From positions 13,518,001 through 13,582,000 of the forward strand of contig NC_045698.1 of NCBI RefSeq assembly GCF_009834535.1: DNA of 64,000 bases, read 5' to 3'. Below the pieces are notes generated by a model, which had not been told where the DNA came from, ran no database searches, and saw only the letters and a program-made list of their open reading frames with translations. Within the stretch, counting starts at the first letter, position 1. Each line of letters opens with the position of its first letter. Positions 11,956-25,700 of the stretch are shown here, piece after piece. Source of the DNA: Camelus ferus. Taxonomy: Eukaryota. The position numbers and the translations under genes are program-made.

Positions 11956-12339
11956 TGTTAAAATAAAATTTTCCACAGACAATTTACTGATCAGGCAGAT
12001 GATTCATGAACTGGGCAGCATCCAATCTAGCAGACAGAAAAGAGCTCCGATAAACTGCACAAGGCGGAAGATTTTTATAGACCAAAGAGAGCAGGAGCAA
12101 GGACGCTATACCGGGTATTTGATGATTGGTTAAAACGAGGTTACTTTCCTTATATGGAGCAAAAGGAAGTCTTGGAACCAGGTCAGGTAACTTGTGCTGA
12201 GCAGCTAAGTGCCAACTGTTTTACCTGAGGCTCCCTTTTCTGGGACAGTCAAGGATAGAGATTTAGTTAAATTTGGGGTTGTTAACGTGGGGTTTAGCAT
12301 GAGAGACTCCATCTTGAGCCTAATCTGGTTCCTTTAACA
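11956..12339 (-). mobile_element. ERV1-type solo LTR
   Basis: TG...CA ends (tgttaaaat...tttaaca); tttttatag (TATA on the minus strand); gactccatctt near the element 5' end. No TSD seen. Confidence 0.7.
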
Positions 12340-12397
12340 TGAAATCCACAAACAACAATCCGAGAAATTAATACCTGGCAGTGAAACTCAAAGACCC

Positions 12398-12498
12398 ATA
12401 TTTATGGAACGATTATATGTTCCAGACATTGTCCTCGGGTGGTGTGAAGACAGTAGTGAATAAAAGAGACACCAAGCCCTACTTCTCACATTCTAGAT
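12398..12498 (-). mobile_element. L2 3' fragment
   Basis: tttatggaacgattatatgttccagacattgtcct...gacagtagtgaataaaagagac. Confidence 0.6.
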
Positions 12499-12734
12499 AT
12501 ATTTATTAATGTTGGCTATTTAATATAAAGGAAAAAAAAAAGTCTTCCTTTGTGTGGTATGGAAGAGGCATCCCTCACCAACTCCATGGGAGTTTTCTTG
12601 TGCTTATGAAGAATTTGTCCGAAACTCGAGTGTGTTCTCCTTTTTCTGCAATGGTCTCCCACAGGGGCTCACTGTGAGAGGTACCCTAACAGGTTACAGC
12701 CTTAACTGCTGATGTATATAAAGACAAGACGTAG

Positions 12735-12970
12735 AAGAGGCATACGTGGACTCTGGGACCAGGCTACCAGGGACCAGGCTACCAGGGACCAGGTGCTGAC
12801 ACAGCTACTACAAGTTAAGAGACCTTTGGTGAGTCACTTTACTAATTTCCGCTTTGGTTTCCTCAACTGGCCCTGCATCTGATGCTGAGAGGGACCTCTC
12901 CCTCACAGCTTACTGTTAGGAATATAATTGTCTAATACGTGTGAAAGCACTGAGAACAGTGCCTGGCGTA
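12735..12970 (+). mobile_element. MIR SINE containing a 15-bp tandem duplication (12755-12793)
   Basis: MIR core gacctttggtgagtcactttac...ggtttcctca...gtgaaagcactgagaacagtgcctggc; (gggaccaggctacca)x2.6. Confidence 0.7.
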
Positions 12971-13294
12971 TCATATTACATCTACCTCTTGGGTAGATAT
13001 GGGAATGGCAACAAATATGTAAAACACGATGTTCCTTTTCCAAATCAAAGGCCAACAGAAGGCTTCTGACACGCTGTCTTCAACATCCCCATAAATAAGT
13101 TTTCCCTTTGCACTTTAGGGTCATGTATGGATGATCGTCTGTTCACCGGTAAAACTTAAAAACTTCGCAGAGATTCTGTTGCTTTGCTGAAAATGTATTT
13201 TGAGAATGAAAGCCAGTTTCTAGTCCAACAGGAGTAGTTGAATTGAAGCTCTGATTTAATTTTTTCACTAGCTGATTTTGTGTCATGTTTCACT

Positions 13295-13435
13295 TTATTA
13301 GTTTATCGTATGTCTCCTCCTCTAGAATATGAGCCCCATGAAGGCAGGGATTTTGTCTTGTTTTCTTCTCTGTACCAAGCATCTAGAATAAAGTCTGACA
13401 CTTACATGTTAATCAACATTTTTGTAGTAATGAGT
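13295..13435 (+). mobile_element. L2 3' end
   Basis: tgtctcctcctctagaatatgagccccatgaaggcagggattttgtcttgtt. Confidence 0.75.
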
Positions 13436-13764
13436 ACAAATTTAAAAGGAGTGAAACTCATCTTTCCACGTATCAGCCTCTTACCTGAGACAGCCTCCCA
13501 GTAAAGATTCTGCCTGGAAGAATTTGCTTGGCTTGAGAATTGCTTGATCTGACAGTTTGTCAGACTATTGGATCATAATCCTAGTGGTTATGATTTTTCT
13601 TTCTTTTTAAGATGAACGGCCACCAATGCCAGTTACATTTTCATGAAGAGAGGAAGCTGGGTACACAGTAATTTACTTTGGGTAATTAAAAAATACATGT
13701 TTTCACCTGGTTTATTTTGATTTTCCACCAAGGGGTGATAGATAACAAATGACATGCTTTTCTC

Positions 13765-14020
13765 AAAATTAGGTTCATAAAGGGTATCATTCACATACAA
13801 AAATTAAATTCTCTTTTAGATGTACAGTTGGTCAAATGCATAAAGCTGGGTAACCACCACCATGATCCTAACATAGAATACTTCCATCTCTCCAAGTTTC
13901 TTGTGTCCCTTTTTGTTCAATTTCCTCCTCCCACACCAACCTTGTAACCACTAATCTGATAACTGTTCTCGAAGTTTGCCTTTCAGTATGTCATATGAAT
14001 GGAATCAGACAGTATGTAAA
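13765..14020 (-). mobile_element. L1MB-like 3' end
   Basis: taaccaccaccatgatcctaacatagaatacttccatc...aaccactaatctg...tcatatgaatggaatcagacagtatgt. Confidence 0.75.
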
Positions 14021-16674
14021 TTATATTTGTGTTTCAACTATTTTTTGGACCTCTGTGTTCTAGTGGATGTAGAATTGGATTCAGAATTAATCATCTGATG
14101 TAATTTTATTGGAAAATATGGTGTGTGTATAGATAGATAGCTGTAGACATAGATACAGATAGAAAATACATGAAGAGAATGCATGGAAGGTGATGAAAAT
14201 ACTGGCATCTTACAGATGTGTTTTTATACTGTTGTGTTGACATTTGTTTATTCCATGAGTAGTTGATCACTTTGCACATGACTCCCGCGTACATAGCCCT
14301 GTATTATGCAGCTTAGAAATCCATAACTAAAATATTTGAGGCAAGAGAGCTGAGTGTGAAAAATATAATATATTTATATGTTTTTTCTCAATACATAAAA
14401 AATAAACAAAATTTTTCCAAACCCCTCCTCCTCCAATAATAAACTCCTCACTGTGACAAGCATTCTCCCAGTTTATAAAGCTAGTTTTTTTCTCCTTTTA
14501 GTCAACATTGACATTTTTCTCTCTCATGACCAATCATTTGCCACTTATTAAACATTTACTTAAACATCATTCCTATTGAGAAAAATATATCTAGGTTTCA
14601 AAAGAAAAGCTTCTACTCAGCAATTCATCGAAGACAAGTACTTCACTTATTCTCACAGACTAAGGAAATACAATAAAAAAATGTTTTTGTTTTTGTTTTT
14701 GTTTTTTGTACTCTGCCCTTTCCTTCTTAATGAGATTGCTTAGCAAGTCAAATGACACAATGAGGAAGAAGTCAAATGACCATCGTTGTGAAGTCACTGA
14801 ATATCATTTTCGCTGTCACCTTTCTAATTTTTCTTCTTCTACTGCAACTTTCCTGACTGGATAATTCTTCTCATCTTCCCCTGCTCCAGATTCATCCTTT
14901 GCCCGGCTCTTAGTTTTATCTGCATAACACAGAGTTCTAACCCTATTATTATTGCCCAGCTAAATTGTTCTTGATGGTCCTTCACCAAGGAACTAAGTAA
15001 GCCCAGACTTCCTATTCTGCCGCTTACAACCTTCTGCAAGACTGTTGTAAGAAACGTTCTTTGCTTTATCTTTTTGCTTCATCCCGACATATTCTTATAC
15101 TCTCCTTCTTTTGCATTTTGGGCTATTTTTGGAATGAGCCCAAACTAACTTTTCTCTCACTTGGAAGGTCCTGGCACATTTGTGGTGCAAAGTAAATATC
15201 AGTTCTCTCCAGTAAACCGGGAAGGAAGTAGGCAATATCAAATCTATAGTTTTAAGATATTTTAGAGTTAATAAATAAATAAAGTTGATTAATATCATCT
15301 TTGTTTAGCTATTATAAATTATATGATCAGATTATAGTTAATTTTATTATGCATTTCTTGTACACCAGTAATTACATTTGGTAAAGTATTATTGTTATTA
15401 CTTTCAAACAATAATTACAGCATTGTAAATGCCATTATTTAATGGGTTGAATGTAAATAGCAATTATCTTCATGATAAATTATAAAAGAATTCTCTATAA
15501 CCATGAATGCTTTAAAATTCATTGAAAATTAAAAGACTAGATATTAGGCAAGTCAGGCAAAGACCTTTTGTGACAGTTAATAAAATTTAAATCTTAAAAT
15601 CTCCGTAAAGCTGTATTGCCACAGAATTTGTTACTGAAAATTCCTCTACCATGAGAACTTCAAAAAGATGAAACCTAATGAACCTCTTTTTTCTCTCTCA
15701 TACACACTACGATATACACAAAACACACTTACATCAACAACTTGCAGATGGTGTCAGAGGGTGTGTGAAGAAATTTAAGGCAACCATTTGTGCACTGTGG
15801 GCTCATGAACTCTGGAACGTATCAGATTGTGCTAAGGCCTCAAACTACAACTCCTTAAATCAAGAAGTCCTTAACTATTAACATATATCATAGATCTAAT
15901 TTCGTAGCTGTTAAATTGAAACAAGTCTAGATATTGTTCTGACACTAAACAACATATAGATGATGAACTAATTTTCCATAATTTGAGAGAATGAAAGCAG
16001 ACATATTTCAAGTGAATGAAGATAACATAATTTAGGAAGCATTATGTCTTCTCTAATCATTCCCATATCTTTAGGCTGAATTAGAAATACTCCTACACAA
16101 GTGCGTCTGTGTGGCACAATTAAAGGTTCTTTCTCTGAATAAGTTTACCAATTGGTATGAACATAAATTCAATATAAAAAGGGACAGGTGTGTATATAGG
16201 TTAAGACTTTTTGATTAAAGATATATGCTAAATATCAGTCCATTCATTATTTGAGTTTTCCTCTAATTTGCTTATTAACGGTTTGATTTTTATATAACTT
16301 TTTCTATATAGCAGTATGTAACTATGTTTGTATCTATGTATACACAGATGTGTGTGCATATACACACATAATTTCACAGCAGTTGCTAGTGCTGCTTTAG
16401 TGTCTTTGATTTGATTAGTCTACTAAAAACCAAGGGGACATCAGTTGAAAACAAAGCACAAAAAAAGTATATCCACATTTGACTTCACTAACTTTCTTCT
16501 AGAGGGTTGACTCGGAGACAGCATGCCAGGTCACCAGCTGACAAATCAAATGCTTATTTTATTAAAGTATACTGATGTCCTTGGTATATCACATAAGCAG
16601 TCAACGTGTTTACACTATTGGGTATTTTTACTTTAATAATCTGGATTTAGATTCTCATATGGGGCAGGGCAGAC

Positions 16675-16915
16675 CAATGGGTTAACCCGTGAAAGCTAAA
16701 TTCTAATTACCTAAGCTCAGTACTGGCTCCAATACTTTCTAGCTGTATGACCAGTAACAAGACACTTAAACCATCTGTACCTTAGTTTTTTCATACATAA
16801 CATGAAGTTAACAATCTTATAGTGCATTGTGAAGTCTAAATGGATTAATATTTGTAACATGCTTAGATCAGTGACTGACTCATAGTAGGCATTATTACAT
16901 AAATATTTGTTTAAT
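16675..16915 (+). mobile_element. MIR SINE
   Basis: ggctccaatactttctagctgtatgacc...acttaaaccatctgtaccttagtttttt cata (MIR core). Confidence 0.75.
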
Positions 16916-17171
16916 AAAATAAAATGATCCATTTTATTTCTTGTGGGTCAGATGCTTAAGAAAGAGGTTGAAGTTTTCCTGTTGTGCCAGCCATATAATT
17001 TACATGATTAATTTTTTCTTCTAAATTCTCTGCTTCTCCCTTTTATTTAACTAGAATTTCGTCTCTAATTGTACCATTTACAAGTAGAATCGTTCATACA
17101 TTTAGAGATGAAAGGCCTGACTGTGTTTGTTGTAATGTTTAATTTCTCTCTGTGCCTGTGACTAAGAGAAT

Positions 17172-17193
17172 GAGAGAGAGAGAGAGAGAGAGA
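17172..17193. repeat. (GA)n microsatellite
   Basis: Read directly. Confidence 0.95.
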
Positions 17194-20039
17194 GGACTTT
17201 TAAATCTAAAGCATCTATAACGTTCTTCATTTGGTAGATACTCATTGATCACTATTCAGTGTTTTCACCACAAATAGAAAAATGATGAGTGAAGACGTGG
17301 CCCATGCTTTTAAAGAGTTTATATTCTAGAAATTTTATATAATCTACTCAATATGAAGGCATAATGAGAAATAACATTCCAGTAATTATTATATCAAGTT
17401 GATCTTCTCTTCATTACTATTTAATGCATCATTTAATGGACTTCATTTTTCTTAACACAAGAAGCAAAAATGTAGCACTGCCACATTTTTTTTCCAAATT
17501 GAATCATATAAAAATCAATGTACCATCAATATAACTTCACAGAAAGGAACTATAGCTTAATGAGACAATGAATGACATGCACTAAGAATAAATGGTAATA
17601 TTTCACAAAAATAGACGTCAATTTATTTAAAAGCTAATTTTGAAATAAATATGGCATTTTAAATTGAAAAGATAGAAAAATAGTTACAGTGTTAATTATG
17701 GCTACTCTGAAATGTGTTGTCTCCTCTAAAAAAATGTCCTTTTTTTACACTCTTAGTCAAGGACATCACACTGGAACTCCACAATTACAAGAATGGGATT
17801 TGCCAATAAACAGATGAAAGACTTAAAAAAAATTCCAAAATTACAGAAGACAGAAAGCAGAGAAAGAGTTGGTACTTGCAACTGCAGAGATGATGAAGGA
17901 GCAGGTTTATGTGCTCATGGAATAATTAAAAACAAATCTAACATAGTACCATTGAAATACAGACAAGACAAAGAAGGAAAAACAATAGTCCATTTTTCAT
18001 TTGCTTCAAGTATAGAATTTTCTTCTTGCCTATTCTCACGTCAACCTAAAGAAAACAAACCTGGTCAAGAAGCTTCAAACCTGCACTCACAGCCAGCACA
18101 TTTCTGTTTTAGTGCCACTTGCTGAGTGAATAAACAAGATGAGTTAACTTCAAGTTGAGTGATTTAGATAAAAATAATCAAGACTTTGGAGAACTAAAAT
18201 AAATGAAACTTTATTATATTTCATATACATGAAAATATTCACACATAAATTAGAATTGGATGTTTTGATAACAAAATAATCTGAGGATAATTAGGAAATC
18301 TTGGAAATTGAGAATTTACATGTTGAAATATTAAAAATTCATTAAGATCATTCTAATACAACATTAAGATTACTGTCAAGAGTGTTAAGACCACCACCAC
18401 CACCACCAGCAAAGAGTAGATTTAACAAAGGAATAAGAATCAAAACGACAGCAGATTTTTTTCTATAGGACCACTGGATATTGGAAAACAGTGGGGCATT
18501 GCCTTCAATTTTGAAGAATAACACTTTTAAAATGTAGAATAGATATCCTGGAATGTTCATTGAACATAAGCGCATAATAAAATATTCACTTCCGTGAAGG
18601 ACCTCAAACAATGTAATTTAAGAAAGAGAAATATTTGGAAACAATGGCATCAGACTGAGAGAACCAATGATGGGAGCCAAACCTAGCCATCCAAGACCTT
18701 GGTCTTAATACATACAGTAGCCAGCTCAGATTAGAGGAGGATACAGGCATCCAGTGCTTGGCAAAAATAAAAGGCATCGTAGAGAGTAACTTGCCATGTA
18801 GCTTTAAATAATGTAGATTATATTAAGGACACTACTGAAGAAAAAGATGATATACTTAGCATTTTAGTTTACAAATAATTAAATATTTCAAGTGGAAATA
18901 TGTTTAGAGAAAAAAAGGTTGTGCTTAAATTTATCATGTATTGAATACACTCTCATTAATAAGCAGAAGATATTTCTAATATGTGCACCTTAGTAAAACT
19001 ACTTTACTGTAATACTATTTATTTTAGTTTCACAAAATGAGGGGAAGGAAATGCAAGTGATATACACAGTAATTAGAATATTTAGTTAGAACTAGGCATT
19101 TCTTTAACTCATCTTGGGCTTTAAAAATGCCTTAGTTCACACTGTTTTGAGATATTGGAGTAATATGAGTAAATTACGGGAGGTGAGAAACAGGAAACGG
19201 GTGATGAGTAAAAGGGCTTAAATGTTAAGTTATAATTCTGACCTTTACAACATCAAGGGATATTAATTTTTAGTTCTTAGGAGAGAAATAACAACAAAAA
19301 CAATAAAAAACATTTCTGGCATCAATGTCATGAGAAAAATCAGGCAAACTGTGAATGCTTCTGAAGTGCATTATTTAGAGAAGAGCCCTGAAGTGGACCA
19401 TCCCAGTCCTTACAAACATTAATCCATAACAGTGAGAGGTCAATAGCATATTCATAATGAAATATAGCCATTTGACATTTAATGGAATATTCAGATTCAC
19501 AAAGTCTATGAAAAAGAGAAAGGAAACCAAAGCTCTGTCCTCAAACGTTTCTGGTTGTTTCAATACAACATGTTGAGTATATGTCAAACCCACTGTGATG
19601 ACTGTTGCTAAGCAGTACTTGCTGGGGTTTGTTTCCACATAAACCATCTTATTTCATTACAATATTATAGCGTAAGTAGCATTTTCTTGGAAGAAAATTG
19701 TACTTGTGTGACTGAAGTTCTTAATAAGCACTTTTCTCCCTCCACCTTGTTTTAAAATTTAAAGACTTTTGTACCTACACCAGGTTAGAAAATATCTGCA
19801 TTTTTTGGATATCTTGATTATAACTGAATTGAAAATTACCCGCTAATTGTATTCATAAAATCTTCTGTCATCAGATTTTCTTTCATCACCATTTCTTGGC
19901 TAATAACTACTGAAAGACTAGGAGTTGAACAAAAACTAAAAGAAAAGATGATAGGATAATGGTCTCAGGCTGAATAAAAATGATGACAAGGAAATCACTC
20001 AGATACCAGTACAATACAAAAATAGGTATTTTTTGACTC

Positions 20040-20578
20040 ATGCATTTTATATCACTGCTTTTAACAAATCATTACATACTTAGCAGCTAATCAGCACACA
20101 TTTATTATGAGAATTGTTAGGAGTCCAGGCAGAGATTAACTGGGTCTTCTGCTCAGGATCTGACCAGGCAGAAGTCAATTTGTTGCTCAGGCCTGTGGTC
20201 TGGTTTGAACCTCAGACTTCTCTTCCAAGCTCATTCAATTGTTGGCTGAATCCAGTTCCTTGAAGCTATTAGACAGAAGTGCTGTTGTTGTCATGTTGTA
20301 GGCTGTTGGCCAGGGTTTGCTTGGTTTGCTCTCAGCAACTATAAGTTACCCTCAGGTCCTAGTTTCACAAGCCCCTTTCAAAACAAGCCCCTCTCAAAGC
20401 TAGAAGGAGGATCTCATTTGCTTCAAATCTCTCCATCTAGTCTCCTAAATTGGAGTCTCAGATGACGTAAGCTGTTCAGAAGAGTGAAATCCCATAATAC
20501 AAGTTCTGTCATCAGTCCAGGGGACGAGATCAACAGGATGTACACCAGAGCACAGGAACCTTAGAAAGTTGCCTAATA
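20040..20578 (-). mobile_element. MLT1E/F-like LTR
   Basis: ctgcttttaacaaatcattac...cacacatttatta...ggagtccaggcag...aactgggtcttctgctcagg...ttccaagctcattc. Confidence 0.7.
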
Positions 20579-20654
20579 GAATTCAACAAACCAGTCCTGA
20601 ATGTCAATAAGATTTGAGTAATTAAAAACTGTATTGAACCCTCATTAATGGCCT

Positions 20655-20830
20655 TAGTAATTCTCAAATCTGGTGTCTATTTGAATTAAATATTAATCTT
20701 TAAAATATAAGAATTACTAGGCTCCATTCCAGCCAATTAAGTTAAAATTTCTGATAATGTAGCCAGGCTACAATATTTTTAACATTTATCCAGAGATTCT
20801 AATATTCATTCAGTGTCAAAAGCCACTTCC
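20655..20830. mobile_element. MER5-like hAT-Charlie MITE
   Basis: agtaattctcaaatctgg...ctaggctccattccagccaattaagttaaaatttct...gattctaatattc...aagccact. Confidence 0.55.
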
Positions 20831-20905
20831 TTTAATAGAAACAGCACATGAAAATTTGTGTTAATATAGCTTATGTTATCCCCATGAATCTTAAATTTTC
20901 TTTTA

Positions 20906-21219
20906 CAGGCAGACCTTGATAAGTTGCAGGTTCAGTTCCAGACCACCGTGAGAAAGTGAATATTTCAATAAGGCAAGTCACACAAATTTGTTGGTTTCCC
21001 AGTGCATATAAAGGTTATGGGTACACCAAATTGCAGTCTAGTAAGTGTGCAATAACATTATGTCTAAAAAATTGTGCACACATTAATTAAAAAACACTTT
21101 ATTTTTACAAAATGCCAACTGCCATCTAAAACATAGAGTTCCACAAATCTTCAATTTGTAAAACACATAGTATTTGTTAAATGCAATAAAGTAAAGCTTA
21201 ATCAAACAGGGTCTGCCTG
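20906..21219 (-). mobile_element. Internally deleted Tigger1 derivative (MITE), 314 bp, with TIRs and TA TSDs
   Basis: Left end CAGGCAGACC, right end GGTCTGCCTG, TA at 20904-20905 and 21220-21221; the interior matches the recalled Tigger1 termini. Confidence 0.9.
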
Positions 21220-21920
21220 TATTGAGTTTCTGCCTATCTGGAATTTAAAAGTGCTTTATCTGAGGCCAATTATCCATTTTGATCGAAAATTATCACAAAG
21301 CCTAATATTTTTCAAGAATAAATTATATGTTTGTTGGATAAATAGCAAAGGGGTACTATTTAACTTACAGGAAGGTATTGGCATGTAGTACAAGCCAATG
21401 GAATATATAAGAAGAGGATGAATAAGAGAGAGAGGAGGAGAAAATTATTTAAATGTGTGTGCATATGTGTGTTGTAATATTAGGCACATCCAACATAAGG
21501 TAAAAGAAAAAGAATAAGAAAATCGAAAGAATGAAATGACTAATGACCAGCTTTAATAGATGTGGACAATGACATTTTGAGAAGGTAAACACATGCTCTG
21601 ATCTTGCAACAAATGAAGTGTAGAAGGGTAGTGAAACTTAAAGTCTTTTCTATTGTAAAGCCTGGGGGTCGTGATGCTTACCCGAGCCCTTCACCAATCT
21701 TACGTTATCTGGGAAATTATTTTCTGGTTTTCCACAACCCTTAGGTATGGTTTGTTCTTTACTGCCCTGTTTCTATTACTAGGTACAATTTTATGGAGAA
21801 AAGAAAAACAACTAATTTTACTCTTCTGCTGAAGACTTGGTAGTATTAATGAAATGATGTATTTGGAGTGTGGAATTTTAAATAGTCTGAGTCCATGAAT
21901 GGAAAGCAGAAGACATAAAT

Positions 21921-22018
21921 TTTTAATATTTCAGAAAATATAATATTTTTTATTTTCAGAAAATATTACATTTTATGTTTTAGGAAATACAGCATTTTAT
22001 ATTTCAGGACATATAACA
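21921..22018. repeat. Degenerate ~24-bp tandem repeat, ~4 copies
   Basis: Units resemble ttttatatttcagaaaatataaca. Confidence 0.75.
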
Positions 22019-23374
22019 GGGAAATGAAAGTAGCTATAAAAAGCATCCACAGGTTGATATATAAGTTCCAGGAGATTTTACTGCAGAATTTATCAATTCA
22101 AATTCTACACAAACTGAACAAACTGGTATCACAATAGGTGTGGGTGTGGTGGGTGGTAATTATTTTTCACATATAGATATGCTGTTCTGCCTTTCTGTTA
22201 GCTGATTGATACTCGGATTGGGGTATATCTTTTTATTGCCTCCCTATAATCAGTTCCTTAAATCGAGCTGCCTCATAATAAAAGGTATATAAGAAAATTG
22301 TAGCTCCAAGTCTGAAATAAAATTCTGAAGTGACTGTCCCAGAATGTCCTGCCTTCTAGTTTCGGATACATGAAAATAGGATGCTGAGTAATTTGGAGAA
22401 TGAGGGGGAGCCTCAAGTCTGAGAATGGCTTCTGTTCATAATAGTAAACATACATGCTTGTTTTGGGGATTACCAACTAGAAAATGTTTCTAGCAAAATA
22501 TCTGAAACACAGTAGGCACGCCATAAGTGAAAGCCATCTTTATAATTTAAAACTATCCATCCTAAACTGTTTTAAGACGTTCAAGATATTCATTTCATAG
22601 GTCATATAATTTACACATAATTTTATCGTGTTTAGGGCTAGTTGGAAATTGTCTCAAGAGACTTGAATGTGACTGGCAAATATAAAGAAGACATCAGTAC
22701 AATGCAAAAATTGCACTGATTAATAGGTTATTTTTCCCAATTCACTAATGTTTTGCAACATTAAGTAACATCAGGTGGATGTGGAGTACAACAACTGAAT
22801 TAAACAAGAAACAGCAGAATACAGTCATTTGTATATCCATTCACCTTGAATTTCTTATATGGAGCCCACAATAACCTTGAGCTTTGCTTTAGAAATGCTT
22901 ATGGCATGCATTGACCCAATCTTTGTGCATTTTGTGCTTTTGTGTCTCAGAATTGAGAAATCTCAAGTGGTTTCACCTGTTCTTTAAGTGTAATATCCTT
23001 TATGTATCATGGTGCTTATTTATTTATTAGGAAATTAACATGTTAGAAGGTTTTTGCTATGAATTTTATTAGGGCTTTTGTTTTTCTTACTATTCTGTTT
23101 ACAAATTTGCATTTATTCTTTAGTGATCTTTCCCTAAACCAAATTTCCCCCATAAACCCTGCTGTTTCTAGAGCAAATTGTGCTGAATGCAACGTTTATA
23201 GAAACATTTACCTTGCATTCTACTGGAAATGTTTCTATTCAATTTCCTATTAAATATTGGATAATTATCCATTAGAAAACACATTGTCACATTATGATGA
23301 AGCAAATACACATCAAAATGTGTGAGCGTTTATAGTTTACATGTGTTTGCAACTTTACAGTTCATCTAAATCAC

Positions 23375-23520
23375 CTAATAAATATTTGTCAGAGTTTAAT
23401 TTGTGCCAGTCTCTGTATTACGTGGCAAGATTAAAATTTTGCAAAAAGAGATTAGATTTAACCCTGCCCTTGTGAAGTCTATCTTCTAGCTGAAGAGACA
23501 GAGATAGGAAACGACAATAC
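23375..23520 (-). mobile_element. L2 3' fragment
   Basis: aataaatatttgtcag...ttgtgccagtctctgtatta...ccctgcccttgtgaagtctatcttctag. Confidence 0.65.
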
Positions 23521-24649
23521 AGCAAGGTGATGTTAGGAGTTGTGCAATGTGTTTAATGAGGCTTAAGAGAATGATGCTATTATGATTTCTGAACTAAAAA
23601 TAATAAACTCACAGTAGCTAGTTTTATTAGAAAGGACATTTATTAAATGGCATTAGGTCCCTTGCAAATTTTCAAGGAAATCCCAAAGAATCAAGTTTGG
23701 CGGCTACACAACAAGGAGTGTTGCTTAAATTGCATCACAACTACTGTCACAGTGAAGACTCTTCATTGTTTCTTCTGAGCACTGACATCGTTCAGTGTGG
23801 GGACTGAAAATGGTAACACTGCTGCTCTATTCTTCAGAATAAAATTAGTGGGAGACTTGGTCCTATAAGACACTAGTTTCTGAATAGAAGTTCTAGAAAG
23901 AAGTACTAAGGGAGGTATTTGACATTATGTGCCAGAGCCGTAGCTAAATATTAGAGAAGTGACATCCTGGTTTCTATTTTTGAGAGTTAATGGGGTCTCA
24001 GAAGATAAGCTTTGCCAAAACAGAGGACAAGTATATATAATTGATGGTCTATCAATTATACTGACAATTATCCAACCCTCTCCACCCCTCAGCTTGCATA
24101 ACATCTCACCTAAACAGACACAAGACTGCAGCAATGGCAACAAAGCCATGAGAACAACAGAGAGAGTGTTCTTAGTGAACGAAGAGTTAACCATTCCTGA
24201 GAATATGATGGCATGCTTATATTGTGCCCCCCCAAAAAAGAGAAATCAAGAGAATACATAAATATGTACATTACACAGGCAAGAAAATAACGCCTTTAAT
24301 AAGCACCTCAGCATCCAGGTGGTGATGTCAGACCAGGACCTCTCCCTTGCCCCTCTCTCAGTGGCACATGTCTCATTCAAGGTATAGCAAGTTTCAGCAG
24401 GTTCTGATTGCTTCAGGACAACAGGATCCCGATGGAGACTGAGTAGCTCTCCCTCACACAGCGGAGGAAAGTGGTTCACCCGTCCCAGTGGGGCGTCTCA
24501 TTGCAAATTCAGTAGATAGCACCTTTCCCAGGCATGTTGGGGCGTGGTGTTCTCAGCAGGAAGCACAACACCAAGGTCCATGGCGACAGTTGAGGCAATG
24601 GCCGTCTCCCATGACTTCCATTCCTTTACGGTGTTAGGTGTTTTATCAG

Positions 24650-25700
24650 GGATCCCTAGTCTGGCATATGGGGCCAGAGGCCCTACTGATTGTTCAAATG
24701 TATTAAAGTCTGGGAGAAGTACATTAATTTACCTGGCCAAGGAGATTTTATCTGTTTGTAATTTAATCTGCTGCTTTAATATTCCATTTTTCCTTTCTAT
24801 CAACGTCATGATCTTTTGCCTAGTCCGGTACATCATGACCTTTGAAATATGACCACCCTCCAATTACTGCTATTTGATGAGTGTATTCATACATGGTACT
24901 CAGTTTCTGTAATCCCATAATGGCAACAGCCTGGTTTGCTTAGTGACAGGGGAAAACTTGGGTTAAACCAGACATGATGTCCACACAAACCAAGGCATAT
25001 TTAGGCATATTTACAACCCTCATTTGGAGGGAGAGGGCCAGTGTAACCCATTTGCCAGTCCCTCCCTGATTGAGAACTTCAGTGGATGGCCTCATTGGTG
25101 TTCACCTTGGACATTGTTCAGAACACACAGGACATGATGTAGCTGCATTAACAGAATCACTCTATTTAAAGAGCGATCCTACATCCTTAGCAATACATCA
25201 TCCCACTGAGGGACTATGAAGACTGCTCTTCCTGCGCACCTAGTCTGCTGTATCCACTGAAGGATCAGTTGCCAGGGCTCATCCCCAAGCAATGTCATAT
25301 GGCTTCAGCTTCCTATTTATTTGGAGGTGTCAGTGCCTTATGAGCCAGGAAGTGGAAGGCAGTGAGGACTCTCTTACAGGAAAACCCAAATATAGGGTCT
25401 TTCCACATAGCCCAACCTCATGAGGGCTTCTTCGTAATCACCCACTCCTCGGCTTCCCATTTTCCAAGCCATGGGGTTAATCACATTAGAGCAGCCCAAC
25501 TGTCAGTACAAAGGGTTAATGGTCAGGGCTCATGATTTTTCACCGACCAAACTCTCTGGCCTTTAGCCCACTGGCTGCTGTGGTTTCTTCCTGTTTCCAT
25601 CCAGATGGCAGCAGTGTTGGACTGAATAATGATTGCAGTTCATGTGGATGGGCCAGACGCATCTGCACATCATGCATCCATGAAAATTTTCTCCCATTCC
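24650..25700 (-). pseudogene. pol: Decayed class III (ERVL-type) pol: RNase H and integrase
   Basis: Minus-strand translation gives SSQWA (25565-25579), TDSWA (25493-25507), CPVC (25123-25134), DWQMGYTGPLP (~25025-25062), CVDIMSG and IERKNGILK (~24770-24800), with stops and frameshifts. Confidence 0.85.

Noticed and set aside
19414..19505. Minus-strand exon with a strong acceptor (ttcctttctctttttcatag) and TTT|gtaagg donor
   Set aside because: AT-rich, unrecognised translation; such splice-like pairs are common by chance.
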